Positions 8,482 through 18,424 of a stretch of 64,000 bases of DNA are shown here, in pieces. Origin of the DNA: Candidatus Norongarragalinales archaeon. GTDB taxonomy: Archaea; Micrarchaeota; Micrarchaeia; Norongarragalinales; Norongarragalinaceae. The position numbers and the translations under genes are program-made. Within the stretch, counting starts at the first letter, position 1, and each line of letters begins with the position of its first letter. The notes beneath the pieces were generated by a model that did not search any database, had not been told where the DNA came from, and worked only from the letters and a program-made list of their open reading frames with translations. The DNA is taken from contig JAWABJ010000001.1 in the NCBI GenBank assembly GCA_038884755.1, forward strand, positions 493,947 through 557,946, read 5' to 3'.

Positions 8482-9309
8482 ATGGTTGAAATAATTCTGG
8501 TTGCAGCGATGCTTTCCGCCGCTTTGCTCTACTCAGCGAAAGACGTGCTGTCGAAAAAGCCCATCGACTCTTTCGGCGCGACGGTCGCGTCGTTCTACAC
8601 AATGGTTTTCTGCTGCCTTCCGCTTGCGGCCTACCTCCTGGCAACAGGCTTCCCGTCTTTTTCAGCAAACGACTTTTACCTCGCAGCCATAGTCGGAGCT
8701 GGGCTTTCGATAGGCAATTTGCTTTTCTACAAGGGAATTGATGCGGGGTTAGTTTCGCTCACGGGGTTCATAGGCTCGCTGTGGGTCGTTTTCACGGTGA
8801 TAGCCGCATTTTTTTTCTTCGGGGAAACGCTTTCGGCAATGCAAATGGCAGGCGTGGCGCTGGGATTCGCCGGCATTTTCGTAATGTCGTGGAAAGGCAA
8901 GGTGGGAAAGGAAGGCGTGCTCTACGCGTTTCTCGCCGCCGCAGTCTGGGGCTTGACCTGGTTCAACGTAAAACCGCTGGTTCAATCGGTGGGATTCGTA
9001 AGCGCGTTGTTCTTGTACACTCTCTTCGCGGCAATAGTGGGGTTGGCTACGGTGGCAGTGAAAAAACAAAAGGTTTTGCCTGAAAAAAGCCTCGTGCTCC
9101 CAGGCGTTTTATTGTGCGCGGCTTACCTCGCCGACTTGTGGGTCGTTTCCGTATCCACGCTGTCTTTCGCCTCCGCGCTGTTCGCGCCCAGCTACTTTCT
9201 CATGCTCTTCGTTTTCACTTACACGGTCTTGGGCGAAAGGCTAGAGAAAATCCATTTCTTCGGCACGGCGCTCGTGCTGGTGTCGATAACGCTGATTTCA
9301 ATAGGCTGA
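8482..9309 (+). CDS. EamA/DMT-superfamily membrane transporter
   Basis: 275 aa, about 10 predicted hydrophobic helices in two repeated halves; typical EamA-like composition. Confidence 0.6.
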   Translation: MVEIILVAAMLSAALLYSAKDVLSKKPIDSFGATVASFYTMVFCCLPLAAYLLATGFPSFSANDFYLAAIVGAGLSIGNLLFYKGIDAGLVSLTGFIGSLWVVFTVIAAFFFFGETLSAMQMAGVALGFAGIFVMSWKGKVGKEGVLYAFLAAAVWGLTWFNVKPLVQSVGFVSALFLYTLFAAIVGLATVAVKKQKVLPEKSLVLPGVLLCAAYLADLWVVSVSTLSFASALFAPSYFLMLFVFTYTVLGERLEKIHFFGTALVLVSITLISIG

Positions 9310-9346
9310 GCCTGGCAATCCCCAGGGTCTCCGAATATTGAGGATC

Positions 9347-10432
9347 TTATTTTTTGTGTATCAACACCACGTCCCCATCCTGCAGCTTGTGCGTAAGCCC
9401 GACTTTCTGGCCCGGGTGTTTTGCCGATTTCCCCCAAACTTCCGCGAATTTGAACAGCGAGCGCAAGTCCCTGTGCACCAAATCGCACAAATCGGAGACT
9501 GTCGAACCTGAACGCATCATGAGGGGCGCTTCCAAATCCGCTTTCTCGAACTTGCTGCGAGTGTAGATTCGGATTAGATTGAGTTTTCGGTAAATCTTTT
9601 CCTTCAATTCTTCAATCCCGAGCTTTTTTTCCGCCGAAACTTTCACGAAAGAATCATCGATTTTTTTTGCCTCTCCCTTTCCAAGCAAATCCACCTTGTT
9701 TACTACCGCAAGCGAGGGAACGAACTTCCTGTTTCCGAGAATCGCGTCGATCAGGCGGTCGACTGTCGCGTCTTCCTTGATTATTACTGTTGCACTGAAA
9801 ATGCCGTATTCGCCGAGCACTGCTGCAACAGTCTTGTCGTTCAAGTGGGTGGGCTTTACCAAATAGTGCACCTCAATTCCGCCTTTCTCCGTTTTTTCTA
9901 TTGAAATGTTTGGTGGCTCTTGGTCCAAGCGGATGCCGATATCATGCAACTCTTGCTTGAGCTTCGAGGCGTAGTTAACGTCCTTCACGTCCAGGATTAA
10001 AAGGACCAAATCTGCATTGCGCGCGACTGCAAGCACTTCTTTCCCCCGCCCCTTGCCTTTGCTTGCGCCAGAAATGATTCCCGGCAAGTCTAAAAGCTGT
10101 ATCCTGGCGCCTTTGTAGTGCATTATTCCCGGAATGACTGTAAGAGTAGTGAAAGCATACGCGGCGGTCTTGGACTCCGCGCCCGTAAGCGCGTTGAGCA
10201 GAGTTGATTTTCCCACGGACGGCAGTCCGATGAAAACTACGGTGGCGTTTCCCGATTTCTTTACGTCGAAGCCCTTTCCCGCGCCAGTTCCTCCCCTGCT
10301 TCCGGACTCCGCTTGCTCACGCAATTTCGCAAGCTTCGCCTTGAGCATTCCCAAGTGGTGTTCCGTCCCCTTGTGCTTCTGGGTTTTTTCCATCTGCTGC
10401 TCGATTTCAGCGATTTTCTCGGTAATGCCCAT
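9347..10432 (-). CDS. Obg/DRG-family GTPase with C-terminal TGS domain
   Basis: P-loop GLPSVGKSTLLNALTG, G-domain motifs (DLPG, NKVD), C-terminal TGS-like segment (GDVVLIHKK). Confidence 0.8.
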   Translation of the reverse strand: MGITEKIAEIEQQMEKTQKHKGTEHHLGMLKAKLAKLREQAESGSRGGTGAGKGFDVKKSGNATVVFIGLPSVGKSTLLNALTGAESKTAAYAFTTLTVIPGIMHYKGARIQLLDLPGIISGASKGKGRGKEVLAVARNADLVLLILDVKDVNYASKLKQELHDIGIRLDQEPPNISIEKTEKGGIEVHYLVKPTHLNDKTVAAVLGEYGIFSATVIIKEDATVDRLIDAILGNRKFVPSLAVVNKVDLLGKGEAKKIDDSFVKVSAEKKLGIEELKEKIYRKLNLIRIYTRSKFEKADLEAPLMMRSGSTVSDLCDLVHRDLRSLFKFAEVWGKSAKHPGQKVGLTHKLQDGDVVLIHKK

Positions 10433-10563
10433 TTCGCGTTTAAACCCCGTTTTGAAACAGCGCGGCTAACAGCGCAATTCGCAATAATATTGCAGAAGGA
10501 GATTTTTCAAGGCTTGGTTGCCTGAAAAGAAAAAAATAAAAAAAAAGAGAAGAAGGGAGAGAA

Positions 10564-10716
10564 TTACTTCTTCATCAAGCCCTTGCGCTTTACGTACGCC
10601 CAGAGCTTCTTGGTCATTTCGCTGGGAGCGATGCTTCCAGAGCCGAAAACGTCTTCGAGAGAGTCGTCGCAGCCCCTGAATGACACGGTCATTCCACCAA
10701 ATGCCTTTCTTGCCAT
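10564..10716 (-). CDS. Small ORF (50 aa) with SWIB/MDM2-like motif; not in the ORF track (below size cut-off)
   Basis: ATG...TAA, MARKAFGGMTVSFRGCDDSLEDVFGSGSIAPSEMTKKLWAYVKRKGLMKK; the segment PSEMTKKLWAYVKRKGL resembles the conserved SWIB helix (PRTEVVKKLWxYIKxxNL); A/T-rich TATA-like tract about 20-30 nt upstream on the coding strand. Confidence 0.35.
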   Translation of the reverse strand: MARKAFGGMTVSFRGCDDSLEDVFGSGSIAPSEMTKKLWAYVKRKGLMKK

Positions 10717-10845
10717 AGTCACTTCACCTCGTTTTCAAAAAAATACCCTCTCCCACCCTTGTTTTCTAGAGGTAGAATCGAGTTAAACTATTAAGACATT
10801 CGATTTAAAAACCTATTTTTACGAGGGAGAAAATCGTTTTTTCCT

Positions 10846-12087
10846 CTAGGAATAGGTTTCCTCCTGGCTTTGCTTGTAACGCCAGAAGAGGTACCCGCCG
10901 GCTATCACCACGAAGAAAACTATCCAAGGCAGGTAGTTCGACTGGCCGCCGGCAGGTTCGGAAAGGATTTCCTGCTGCGGGCGCGTGCAAGATTCGTATT
11001 TGCGCTTGAGCTCGTCGTACTGTATTTTGAGGGCGTCGAGCATTGCGGGCAGCTTTTCGAACGCCTTGGCGCTGCCCCCCGCCATGAGCGTCTGCACGTC
11101 GCTCCACCTGCTTTTTATCGAATCCGCCTCTTCCGACAGGCCGCACAAATCCAAGTTCGATTCGGAAAGGAAAACGGTTTCGATTTCCGGCTCGAGCAAA
11201 TCGTACTTCGCCCGGACGTCGACCGTGATTTTCTTGTAGTTGAACGACGCTATGGAATCGTTCACCCACTTGTCGCGCGAGGCTTCCAGTTTTTCAATGC
11301 TCTCGTTCGGCTTCAGGAAGCGCAGTTGCTCGAACAAGTCCACCTTCAACCGCATGTTCTCCAAATTCTTAACTATGTTCTCGTTGTCCGGCGCGGGAAT
11401 GTTCGACTTGAATATTTCCGCCTGTTTCTTGGAAATCTCTTCGTTGTAAGCGTCGTACGCCGCGATGAATTCCGCGGATTTCGAAAACGCGCTTTTGTAG
11501 TAGTCCAGCAGTCCGGAAAGCGCGAAGTCGCTCAAGTCGCTGTCCACCTGCTGTTCCAGGCTCGTGCCGTCGCTCACCATGCCGTCCAGCTCCAGGGCAA
11601 AACGCTGGAGTTCGGAAGACTTAGCGTCTATTGCGTCGAAGTTAGTGTTCGGATAGGACTGCTGGGTTTTGGAAGCCAAAGCCGCAAGGGAATTCGCGTT
11701 GCGGTCTATCGCCAAAAGCGTCTGCCTCACGGTGGTTTCCATGTCGGAAAAGGAAATCTTGTTGCGGCCCACGTACTCGTCGATTATGCCGTAGTTGTAA
11801 ACGCTCTTTCCGACCGCGTCAAGCCTCGACAAGTCAGTTTCCACTTCCCCCGCCTCTTCGGAAACCGCAATGAAGATTTTTTTTGCGGAGTAGATTGAAG
11901 GCGCGAAAACGTAGTAGTATTCGGAAAGGACGAAGAACGGGCGGGGCAAGAGTCCCACTCCAGAGTCCAAGTACGGCTTCGCCTTCACCGCCGCCTCTTC
12001 CGAAGAAATGCCGGAAACAGGCGTGAAAAGGGAAAGCAAAACGAGAAGCAAAGCGATTGCTTTTCCGAACTCGCGCATGCTTTGCAT
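10846..12087 (-). CDS. Secreted or membrane-anchored protein of unknown function (signal peptide, acidic coiled region, C-terminal TM anchor)
   Basis: 413 aa; N-terminal signal peptide (AIALLLVLLSLFTPVSG), C-terminal hydrophobic helix (WIVFFVVIAGGYLFW); no recognised catalytic motif. Confidence 0.55.
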   Translation of the reverse strand: MQSMREFGKAIALLLVLLSLFTPVSGISSEEAAVKAKPYLDSGVGLLPRPFFVLSEYYYVFAPSIYSAKKIFIAVSEEAGEVETDLSRLDAVGKSVYNYGIIDEYVGRNKISFSDMETTVRQTLLAIDRNANSLAALASKTQQSYPNTNFDAIDAKSSELQRFALELDGMVSDGTSLEQQVDSDLSDFALSGLLDYYKSAFSKSAEFIAAYDAYNEEISKKQAEIFKSNIPAPDNENIVKNLENMRLKVDLFEQLRFLKPNESIEKLEASRDKWVNDSIASFNYKKITVDVRAKYDLLEPEIETVFLSESNLDLCGLSEEADSIKSRWSDVQTLMAGGSAKAFEKLPAMLDALKIQYDELKRKYESCTRPQQEILSEPAGGQSNYLPWIVFFVVIAGGYLFWRYKQSQEETYS

Positions 12088-12128
12088 TAACCCTTCACAT
12101 GATTTAAAACCATCGCGCGGCTATAATC

Positions 12129-12806
12129 ATGGTTATGCAATTGCGGGTGGTTTTGGTCGAACCCAAGTGGGACGTGAACGTGGGAAGCATATGCCGGGCG
12201 ATGAAAAACTTCGGCGCCAGCGAGCTTTACCTTGTCAAGCCAAAGGCAGAGCTCGGAGTGGAGGCAATAAAATTCGCGAAACACGCGAGGGAAATACTGG
12301 AAAAAGCCACGAAAGTCAAAACGATGCGCCAAGCGTTTGAAGGTTGCACGCTTGTAGTCGGAACGACTGGAATACTCAGGCGTTTCAGAAAGAAAATGCT
12401 GAAAAAATGCGTTTCGGCTCGAGAGGTGAAAAAGTTTTTCGGAAAAAACGATAAGGTAGCACTGGTTTTCGGGAACGAAGAGCACGGACTTAGCGACAAG
12501 TTTTTGGGCGAATGCGACGTCGTAGCGTTCATCCCTTCCAACCCGCGCTATCCCGTGCTCAACCTTTCGCACGCGGTCGCAGTAATGCTTTACGAGCTTT
12601 ACGCTGCGAAGGGGGAAAAGCAGTTGAAGGAAATTCCGGCTGCGCCGCGCCACAAGCTCGAAAGGCTCGAAAAGCTTTTTTTCGAATTCGCTTTGCGCAA
12701 CAAAACCATTCGCGACCCGAAGAAAGTGGCGACGGCGTTCAAGCGAGTTCTCCGCAGGGCGAGGCCTTCCGAAAAAGAAATCCAAGCGCTTTTCCCGGCG
12801 TTTTGA
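12129..12806 (+). CDS. SPOUT-class RNA 2'-O-methyltransferase (TrmJ/TrmH-like)
   Basis: 225 aa; SpoU-type layout (VVLVEPKWDVNVGSICRAMKNFG ... ALVFGNEEHGLS ... NLSHAVAVMLYE). Confidence 0.7.
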   Translation: MVMQLRVVLVEPKWDVNVGSICRAMKNFGASELYLVKPKAELGVEAIKFAKHAREILEKATKVKTMRQAFEGCTLVVGTTGILRRFRKKMLKKCVSAREVKKFFGKNDKVALVFGNEEHGLSDKFLGECDVVAFIPSNPRYPVLNLSHAVAVMLYELYAAKGEKQLKEIPAAPRHKLERLEKLFFEFALRNKTIRDPKKVATAFKRVLRRARPSEKEIQALFPAF

Positions 12807-12807
12807 C

Positions 12808-13890
12808 TCACTTGCAGTTTTCAATCCTGCAATAGTCGAACAAGTATCTCTTGCTTCGCGACCCTTCCCAGATTATTTCGAAAGTCTTTTGCGTCTGGCT
12901 GCTGCCGGTGGGCGCAAGCAAGCCCACGAAAGAACTGTTTTGCGCTACAGTCGAGCCAGCCGCGTCGTTGATTTTCACCAAAGCGATTATCGAAGGAATG
13001 TCTTCCTTGCCTGGGTTGGAGAAAAAGCACTGGCCTTCCACGCGCAGTTTTCCCTTCTCGTTTACCGAAGGGCGGATAGTCTTCGCGCCGAAAAGCCCGA
13101 ACCACTCGGGCGGGTTGTAATAACGGTCGAAGAGCGAGCACGAAACGCTCCCTTGCGTCGAAGTACGGAAGAAAACGAAGTACGCCAGCGCCAGCACGAC
13201 GAGCGCCAAAAGCAGGTAGCGCACCCAAGGAGTTTGCAGGGCTTGCGGGCCTGAACCGCCTTTTCCAGCCGCGGCTCCAGAAACCGCGCCCACTGTTTTT
13301 CCTAAAAGTTCCGCCCAGCCAGAAGGCGTCTTCATCTTTTGCACCGTCTCGCCCGCAGCTTCGCCCAATCCCTTGGCCCGCTGCGGAATGGCTTCGGCTC
13401 CCTGCGGATTGCCCAGCACGGCGTCGATGTCTATCTTGAAGGAATCGTTGGCAACGTCGACCCAAACTTGGTATGAAGGAATGTAGTATTTCGTAGCAGC
13501 GGATATTGAAACCATTTCCCGCTTCAGTCCCGCGTGGGCGGCGACTTTGGTCGCGGCGACTTCGTTCAACTCGCTTTTAGAAATTGCGGTTGGCAGGACT
13601 TCAACCTCGGCGCCCGGCTCGGTCTGAGTCGCTTTTTTTGTCGGGCGTTCGAGCAAATAAGGAATGTAGTCGTTCAATTCCCCCGTGTAGGCGTTCAACG
13701 CAGTTTTGCCTGTCGGCGACGCTTCGCCGGCTAGCACGTCGAAGCTGAAAACCCAGTAAGGGGTGTAGACGAGTTTTACGTCGGAAATGTCGAATTGCTT
13801 CCAGCCGCGCTGGGCGACCGCTTTCTGCACCATTCCCAACGCCGCTTCGGGCGTGAGCACGGTTTTGAAAGACTGCGCGTCGAGAATCAT
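12808..13890 (-). CDS. Membrane protein of unknown function (cytoplasmic N-domain, one TM helix, extracytoplasmic C-domain)
   Basis: 360 aa; central hydrophobic helix (WVRYLLLALVVLALAYFVFF); no recognisable family. Confidence 0.5.
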   Translation of the reverse strand: MILDAQSFKTVLTPEAALGMVQKAVAQRGWKQFDISDVKLVYTPYWVFSFDVLAGEASPTGKTALNAYTGELNDYIPYLLERPTKKATQTEPGAEVEVLPTAISKSELNEVAATKVAAHAGLKREMVSISAATKYYIPSYQVWVDVANDSFKIDIDAVLGNPQGAEAIPQRAKGLGEAAGETVQKMKTPSGWAELLGKTVGAVSGAAAGKGGSGPQALQTPWVRYLLLALVVLALAYFVFFRTSTQGSVSCSLFDRYYNPPEWFGLFGAKTIRPSVNEKGKLRVEGQCFFSNPGKEDIPSIIALVKINDAAGSTVAQNSSFVGLLAPTGSSQTQKTFEIIWEGSRSKRYLFDYCRIENCK

Positions 13891-13983
13891 TTTTGCAATC
13901 GAGATTATTTCCGCAAGGCGGTTTTTAACGGTTTTCAGAATAGTGGGAAAACGAGAAAAAGTAAAAAGGGCAACAAAAAAGTT

Positions 13984-14346
13984 TTAGTGCCTTCTCTTGA
14001 CGATTTTCACGTTGTGCGGCGTGAGCAGAATCTTGTCTTCGTCAATGCGCGCGATGTCGCCGTTTATCTCGACGGCAAAGCCCTTGAGCCTCGAAACGAC
14101 GTCCTTAAGCTTCTGCGGGTTACGCGCTATGGGCGTAATGTTGAGCAAAACGAGATTCCTGCTTTTCAATTCTTCCTCGACGATAGACACGTCTGTCTCG
14201 CGTTGCAACGCAATGGGCTTCACGTAAAAGTCGGCTTCCTTGTGGAGAATGTCCACTTCTTCCGCCTCGGCGGCGGTCATGAACTCGTCCAAGTTCATTT
14301 CCCTCTTTATTCCCAACGCTTTAGTAAGTCCGTCGAAAACGCCCAT
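13984..14346 (-). CDS. sepF: Cell-division protein SepF-like
   Basis: 120 aa; SepF/DUF552-like C-terminal core (LVLLNITPI...LKDVVSRLKGFAVEINGDIARIDEDKILLTP); divergent from orc1/cdc6. Confidence 0.65.
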   Translation of the reverse strand: MGVFDGLTKALGIKREMNLDEFMTAAEAEEVDILHKEADFYVKPIALQRETDVSIVEEELKSRNLVLLNITPIARNPQKLKDVVSRLKGFAVEINGDIARIDEDKILLTPHNVKIVKRRH

Positions 14347-14476
14347 GTTGTTTCACCTTCGATAAGCAAATGCATTATTCGGCTTTTATAGCTTTAAGAG
14401 AATACTCGCACACTTTTTAAAAGCCTTTGCTTCCCGCGAGCGAGAGTAAAAACGTTTTGGACAGCAAAACAAATAA

Positions 14477-15721
14477 ATGCCGTTCAAGGCAATATTCTAC
14501 CTGGTTGAAGCGGATAGCGGTGGGCTTGTGGTGGATTTCGCCGAAATACTGGAAGAAGGCAACTCTGTTTTCAAAGACAAGGGCGCGTTGAGTCCCCACT
14601 ACGTTCCAGAAACGCTGTTGTACCGGGATGAGGAAATAAAAAAGATAATGATCTGCCTTGCGCCCGCGCTGAAAGGCCAGAAGGCGAAAAACCTGTTCAT
14701 TTACGGCAAGACTGGAACGGGAAAAACCGTTTCCACGAAACACGTGTTGGACAAGCTCTTGCAGCAGGGCAACCCGCACGTTTTCGGGCTTTACATGAAC
14801 TGCCGCGTTTACGACTCCCGCTACAAGATTTTGCAGAAGACCATCACCGAATTTCACCCCGACATCGCCAAAACGGGCTATTCATTCGCAGTCCTGTACG
14901 AAAAGTTTCTCGACTGGCTGGAAGAAAACGGAAAGCACGTGGTTTTACTTTTGGACGAAATCGATTTGGTAAAGGATTTGGACCAGATGATTTATACGCT
15001 GACGAGAGTCAACGATGACTTGCGCGCGGGCAGCTTGACGCTAGTCGGGGTAAGCAACAAAGTAGGCTTCACGAAAAAGCTCGATGCGCGCTCGCGCTCT
15101 TCCCTCTGCGAAGAGGAACTGGTTTTCCAGTCTTACAACGCAAACCAGCTTTCTGGAATATTGAAGCAAAGGTGCGAGAAAGCGTTCCAAGACGGGCTGG
15201 TGGAAGATTCTGCCATAAACGTCGCAGCGGCAATCGCGGCCGCAGACAACGGGGACGCGCGTTATGCCCTGATGCTTTTGCTCCGCGCCGGCGAGCTCGC
15301 GGAAAAAAGCAATTTGCAGAAAATCACCGACAAGCAAGTCGAAGAAAGCCGCAAGGCGGCCGAGGAAGACAAGGCTTTCGAACTCATTTCCTCGCTGCCG
15401 GAACACCAGCAGCTCGTGCTTTACGGCCTCGCAAAACTGGGGAGCGACACGAAATACAAGAGGCTTGTGGAAGAATCGGGGGACAAGCTTTACTTCAGCG
15501 GGGAAGTGTATGAAGCGTACGTTGAGAGTGCGAAGAAGTTCAACCGCGAACCGCGCACCTCGCGCTGGTACAGGGAGTATTTGCACGAGCTGGACATGCT
15601 CGGGTTGATTTCGACGGTCCAAAGCGGGAAAGGCATAAGGGGGCAGACTACGCTCATCCGCTCGTCTTACGAAGCGCCGAAAATGAAGAAAACCATTGAA
15701 AAAACCCTCTCGGGCGAATAG
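14477..15721 (+). CDS. cdc6: ORC1-type DNA replication initiator Orc1/Cdc6
   Basis: AAA+ Walker A GKTGTGKT, Walker B LLLDEID, typical N-terminal FKDK...YVPE segment and C-terminal winged-helix region. Confidence 0.85.
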   Translation: MPFKAIFYLVEADSGGLVVDFAEILEEGNSVFKDKGALSPHYVPETLLYRDEEIKKIMICLAPALKGQKAKNLFIYGKTGTGKTVSTKHVLDKLLQQGNPHVFGLYMNCRVYDSRYKILQKTITEFHPDIAKTGYSFAVLYEKFLDWLEENGKHVVLLLDEIDLVKDLDQMIYTLTRVNDDLRAGSLTLVGVSNKVGFTKKLDARSRSSLCEEELVFQSYNANQLSGILKQRCEKAFQDGLVEDSAINVAAAIAAADNGDARYALMLLLRAGELAEKSNLQKITDKQVEESRKAAEEDKAFELISSLPEHQQLVLYGLAKLGSDTKYKRLVEESGDKLYFSGEVYEAYVESAKKFNREPRTSRWYREYLHELDMLGLISTVQSGKGIRGQTTLIRSSYEAPKMKKTIEKTLSGE

Positions 15722-15823
15722 CAATCAGGGCGTCGGGTGCACGCGCTCTACTTTTTGGAAAGTAATTAAACCCGCGAGAGCGTTGTGTATTATTGCATCA
15801 CAAGAAACAAAAAGTGGAAAAAA

Positions 15824-16921
15824 ATGACTTCAGACAGCAAAGCGTTGTACGAATTCAGAAAGCAGCTGGAAGCGCTGAAGAAATTCCAGGGCCGCGGCAC
15901 GGAATTGATAAGCGTTTACATCACCCCAGGGTACAACATTTCCGAAATCGTCAACAAGCTCAAAGAGGAATACGGGCAGGCGTCCAATATCAAAAGCGCG
16001 ACCACGAAAAAAAACGTGCAAGCCGCTTTGGAGAAGATAATGCATTTCTTGAAGGGGGCCAATAAGCCGCCGGAAAACGGCATGGCCGTTTTTTGCGGAA
16101 ACGTTTCCGAGAGCGAAGGCAAGGTGGACATAGAAATTTACTCCATAGTCCCGCCCATGCCCGTTCCCGTGCAATTCTACCGCTGCGAATCGAAATTCGT
16201 CCTCGAACCTCTGGAAGAATTGCTGGACGTGGCGGGAACTTATGGGCTGGTGGTTATGGACGGCAAGGAATGCACGGTCGCAGTGCTGCGCGGCAAGACT
16301 ATCAAGGTATTGAAGAAACTCGAATCCACTGCACACCAAAAGGTGCACAAGGGAGGGCAGAGCGCCCAGCGGTTCCAGCGCTTGGCAGAAGAAGGCATCG
16401 AATTTTACTACAAGCGCATCGGCGAGGCGATGGACGCGTTCTTGTCGCAGAAAAACTTCAAGGGCGCGATTGTCGGAGGGCCGGGGCCTGCGAAAGAAAA
16501 CTTCATGAAAATGAAGCCGTTCAACTACCAAATCAAAGTCCTAGGCGTCGTCGATACGGGGTATACGGACGAATACGGGCTGCGCGAGTTGCTGGAAAAA
16601 GCGAGCGACTTGATTGCGGAGCAGGAAGCCATCGTTGAAAAAAAGCTGTTGAACGAATTCCTTATTGAAGCGGCGAAAGGCGGGCTTGTGGCGTGGGGGT
16701 TGGAGGGCGTCAGGAAGGCGCTGGACAAGAGACAGGCGAACAAGTTTATAGTAACCGAAGGCCTGGAAATAATCGAGGACGGAGTTAACGTTGTTTCTCA
16801 CTTGATAAGCCAAGCTGAAGAGCAGGGCATTGAAGTGATTTTCGTTTCGGAGGAAACGCCCGAAGGCCAGCAGTTCAAAGGAACGTTCGGCGGCTTGGGC
16901 GCTTTCTTGCGGTACCGCTGA
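15824..16921 (+). CDS. prf1: Peptide chain release factor aRF1
   Basis: NIKS motif (NIKSATTKKNV) and GGQ motif (HKGGQSAQRF); start placed at internal ATG (MTSDSKALYEF). Confidence 0.85.
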   Translation: MTSDSKALYEFRKQLEALKKFQGRGTELISVYITPGYNISEIVNKLKEEYGQASNIKSATTKKNVQAALEKIMHFLKGANKPPENGMAVFCGNVSESEGKVDIEIYSIVPPMPVPVQFYRCESKFVLEPLEELLDVAGTYGLVVMDGKECTVAVLRGKTIKVLKKLESTAHQKVHKGGQSAQRFQRLAEEGIEFYYKRIGEAMDAFLSQKNFKGAIVGGPGPAKENFMKMKPFNYQIKVLGVVDTGYTDEYGLRELLEKASDLIAEQEAIVEKKLLNEFLIEAAKGGLVAWGLEGVRKALDKRQANKFIVTEGLEIIEDGVNVVSHLISQAEEQGIEVIFVSEETPEGQQFKGTFGGLGAFLRYR

Positions 16922-16947
16922 GCAAGGAGGGCGGGAGAAGGGGAAAG

Positions 16948-18417
16948 TCAAAACTCTATTTTCTTGACTTTCATCTTGTCCATCAGCTCGTCAGACTTTT
17001 TCTTGATCGTATGGAATTCTTTCTCCAGCTCGAAAGCCTTGCTCAACCCCCTGCGAAGCCCAGATTGGATTTCGTACATCGCGCTTTGGGCAGGGTAAAC
17101 GGTTATGGTTTTGAACAAAAACGCCTTGCTTTCGAAACTCTTGCTTTCCGAATCTTCAATCCGCTTCGCGAGCAGGAAGACGGCGGTGAAGCGCAGCAAA
17201 GCTGACGCTACGAACAACGAGGGCAACACGCCCAGACCGAAAAACAGCAGCGAAGGGTTGTTTTGCAACAGCCCTGCAAGCAAGGCGCCCGCCATTCCGC
17301 CCGCGAAAATAGCCGCGCCTTGGAAAACGTTGTAATACGCGACGAATTTCGACTTGTTTTTTTCCGGCGTGGTCTTGAGGATTAGGTTGAACGAGGCGAT
17401 GCGCTGTCCCGCCCACCCCAGTCCCGAAAACAATTCGCTGAAAAACAACAGCCAAGAGTCGCGGAACAAAACCCACTGGAGCGGAATCAGTGCCACGAGC
17501 AGCCCGCTGGCGTAAAGCACGCTCTTGTTACCCAGCGAAGCCGAAGTCTCGCCCCAGTACACCATGGTCAGGAAAATCGAGATTTGCGACACGCTGAAAA
17601 TCAACGCGTAAGTGTAGTAGTCGAACTCCAGCACGTTGAGGGCGTAGACGGAAAAGTAAGGCGCTGCAATGAAAACCGCAAACATCAAAAGCGTGTTGTA
17701 TAACACCAGAGCGCCGAAAGGCGTTTGCCTCAGCGTTTTCACGAAAGACCGGAAAGTGGCTTCGTCGGTCTGCTCTTCCAACCGCGGCTCGAACTTTCTG
17801 CTGAGATAGTAGAGCGATATTATCCTTCCGGCGAACGCAATCGCGAAAATCACGGTGAAGCCCAAAGCGGCCTTGTCCCAAGACTGGAACAGCCCCAGCA
17901 CCCAGCCCGCAGCAAGGCTTGAAACGAACGCGGCAAAACCCGTAATTTCGTTGCGCTTTCCGAAATACTGCGCCCGGTCCTTTTCTTTCACTATGTCGCC
18001 CATCCAGCTGGTCCAAGCCGGATTTGCAAAGGACTCGGCGAGAATTGAAACGCTGTAAAAAAGTATTATCCACGAGATTATGCCGTCGCCGCTCAAGAGC
18101 GTTAGGGAAAGCAAGCCAAGCCAGGCCAAGACTTGCAGGGAAACCAGCTTGAGCACCAGTTCTTTCCTGCTTTTCACTATGCGCGAGGTGCGCGAGTAGA
18201 ACAATTGCGCCAGGCTACCCAACAGTTGGGGGAAAGTCTGGAGAAACCCTATGTCGGCGACAGTAGCGCCCGCGCGCAGGGCGAAAGGCGTCAGGTAGTT
18301 CACGCCGAAGCCCACCATGAGCGAGTAGAAAGACCCGTCCTTGACGGAATACTCTTTCGATTTTTCAAGTTTTTCCTCGAGTTCCTTTTCGTCCATGGGT
18401 GCAAAACCTTTTTTCAA
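16948..18417 (-). CDS. MFS-type membrane transporter
   Basis: 489 aa with about 12 hydrophobic helices in two halves. Confidence 0.6.
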   Translation of the reverse strand: MKKGFAPMDEKELEEKLEKSKEYSVKDGSFYSLMVGFGVNYLTPFALRAGATVADIGFLQTFPQLLGSLAQLFYSRTSRIVKSRKELVLKLVSLQVLAWLGLLSLTLLSGDGIISWIILFYSVSILAESFANPAWTSWMGDIVKEKDRAQYFGKRNEITGFAAFVSSLAAGWVLGLFQSWDKAALGFTVIFAIAFAGRIISLYYLSRKFEPRLEEQTDEATFRSFVKTLRQTPFGALVLYNTLLMFAVFIAAPYFSVYALNVLEFDYYTYALIFSVSQISIFLTMVYWGETSASLGNKSVLYASGLLVALIPLQWVLFRDSWLLFFSELFSGLGWAGQRIASFNLILKTTPEKNKSKFVAYYNVFQGAAIFAGGMAGALLAGLLQNNPSLLFFGLGVLPSLFVASALLRFTAVFLLAKRIEDSESKSFESKAFLFKTITVYPAQSAMYEIQSGLRRGLSKAFELEKEFHTIKKKSDELMDKMKVKKIEF

Positions 18418-18424
18418 ACGAGAA

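Noticed and set aside
14347-14476. Replication origin in the sepF-orc1/cdc6 intergenic region.
   Set aside because: Only 130 bp, holding two divergent TATA-like boxes; no repeated ORB-like elements or extended AT-rich unwinding region seen here or in the 100 bp downstream of orc1. An origin may lie elsewhere.
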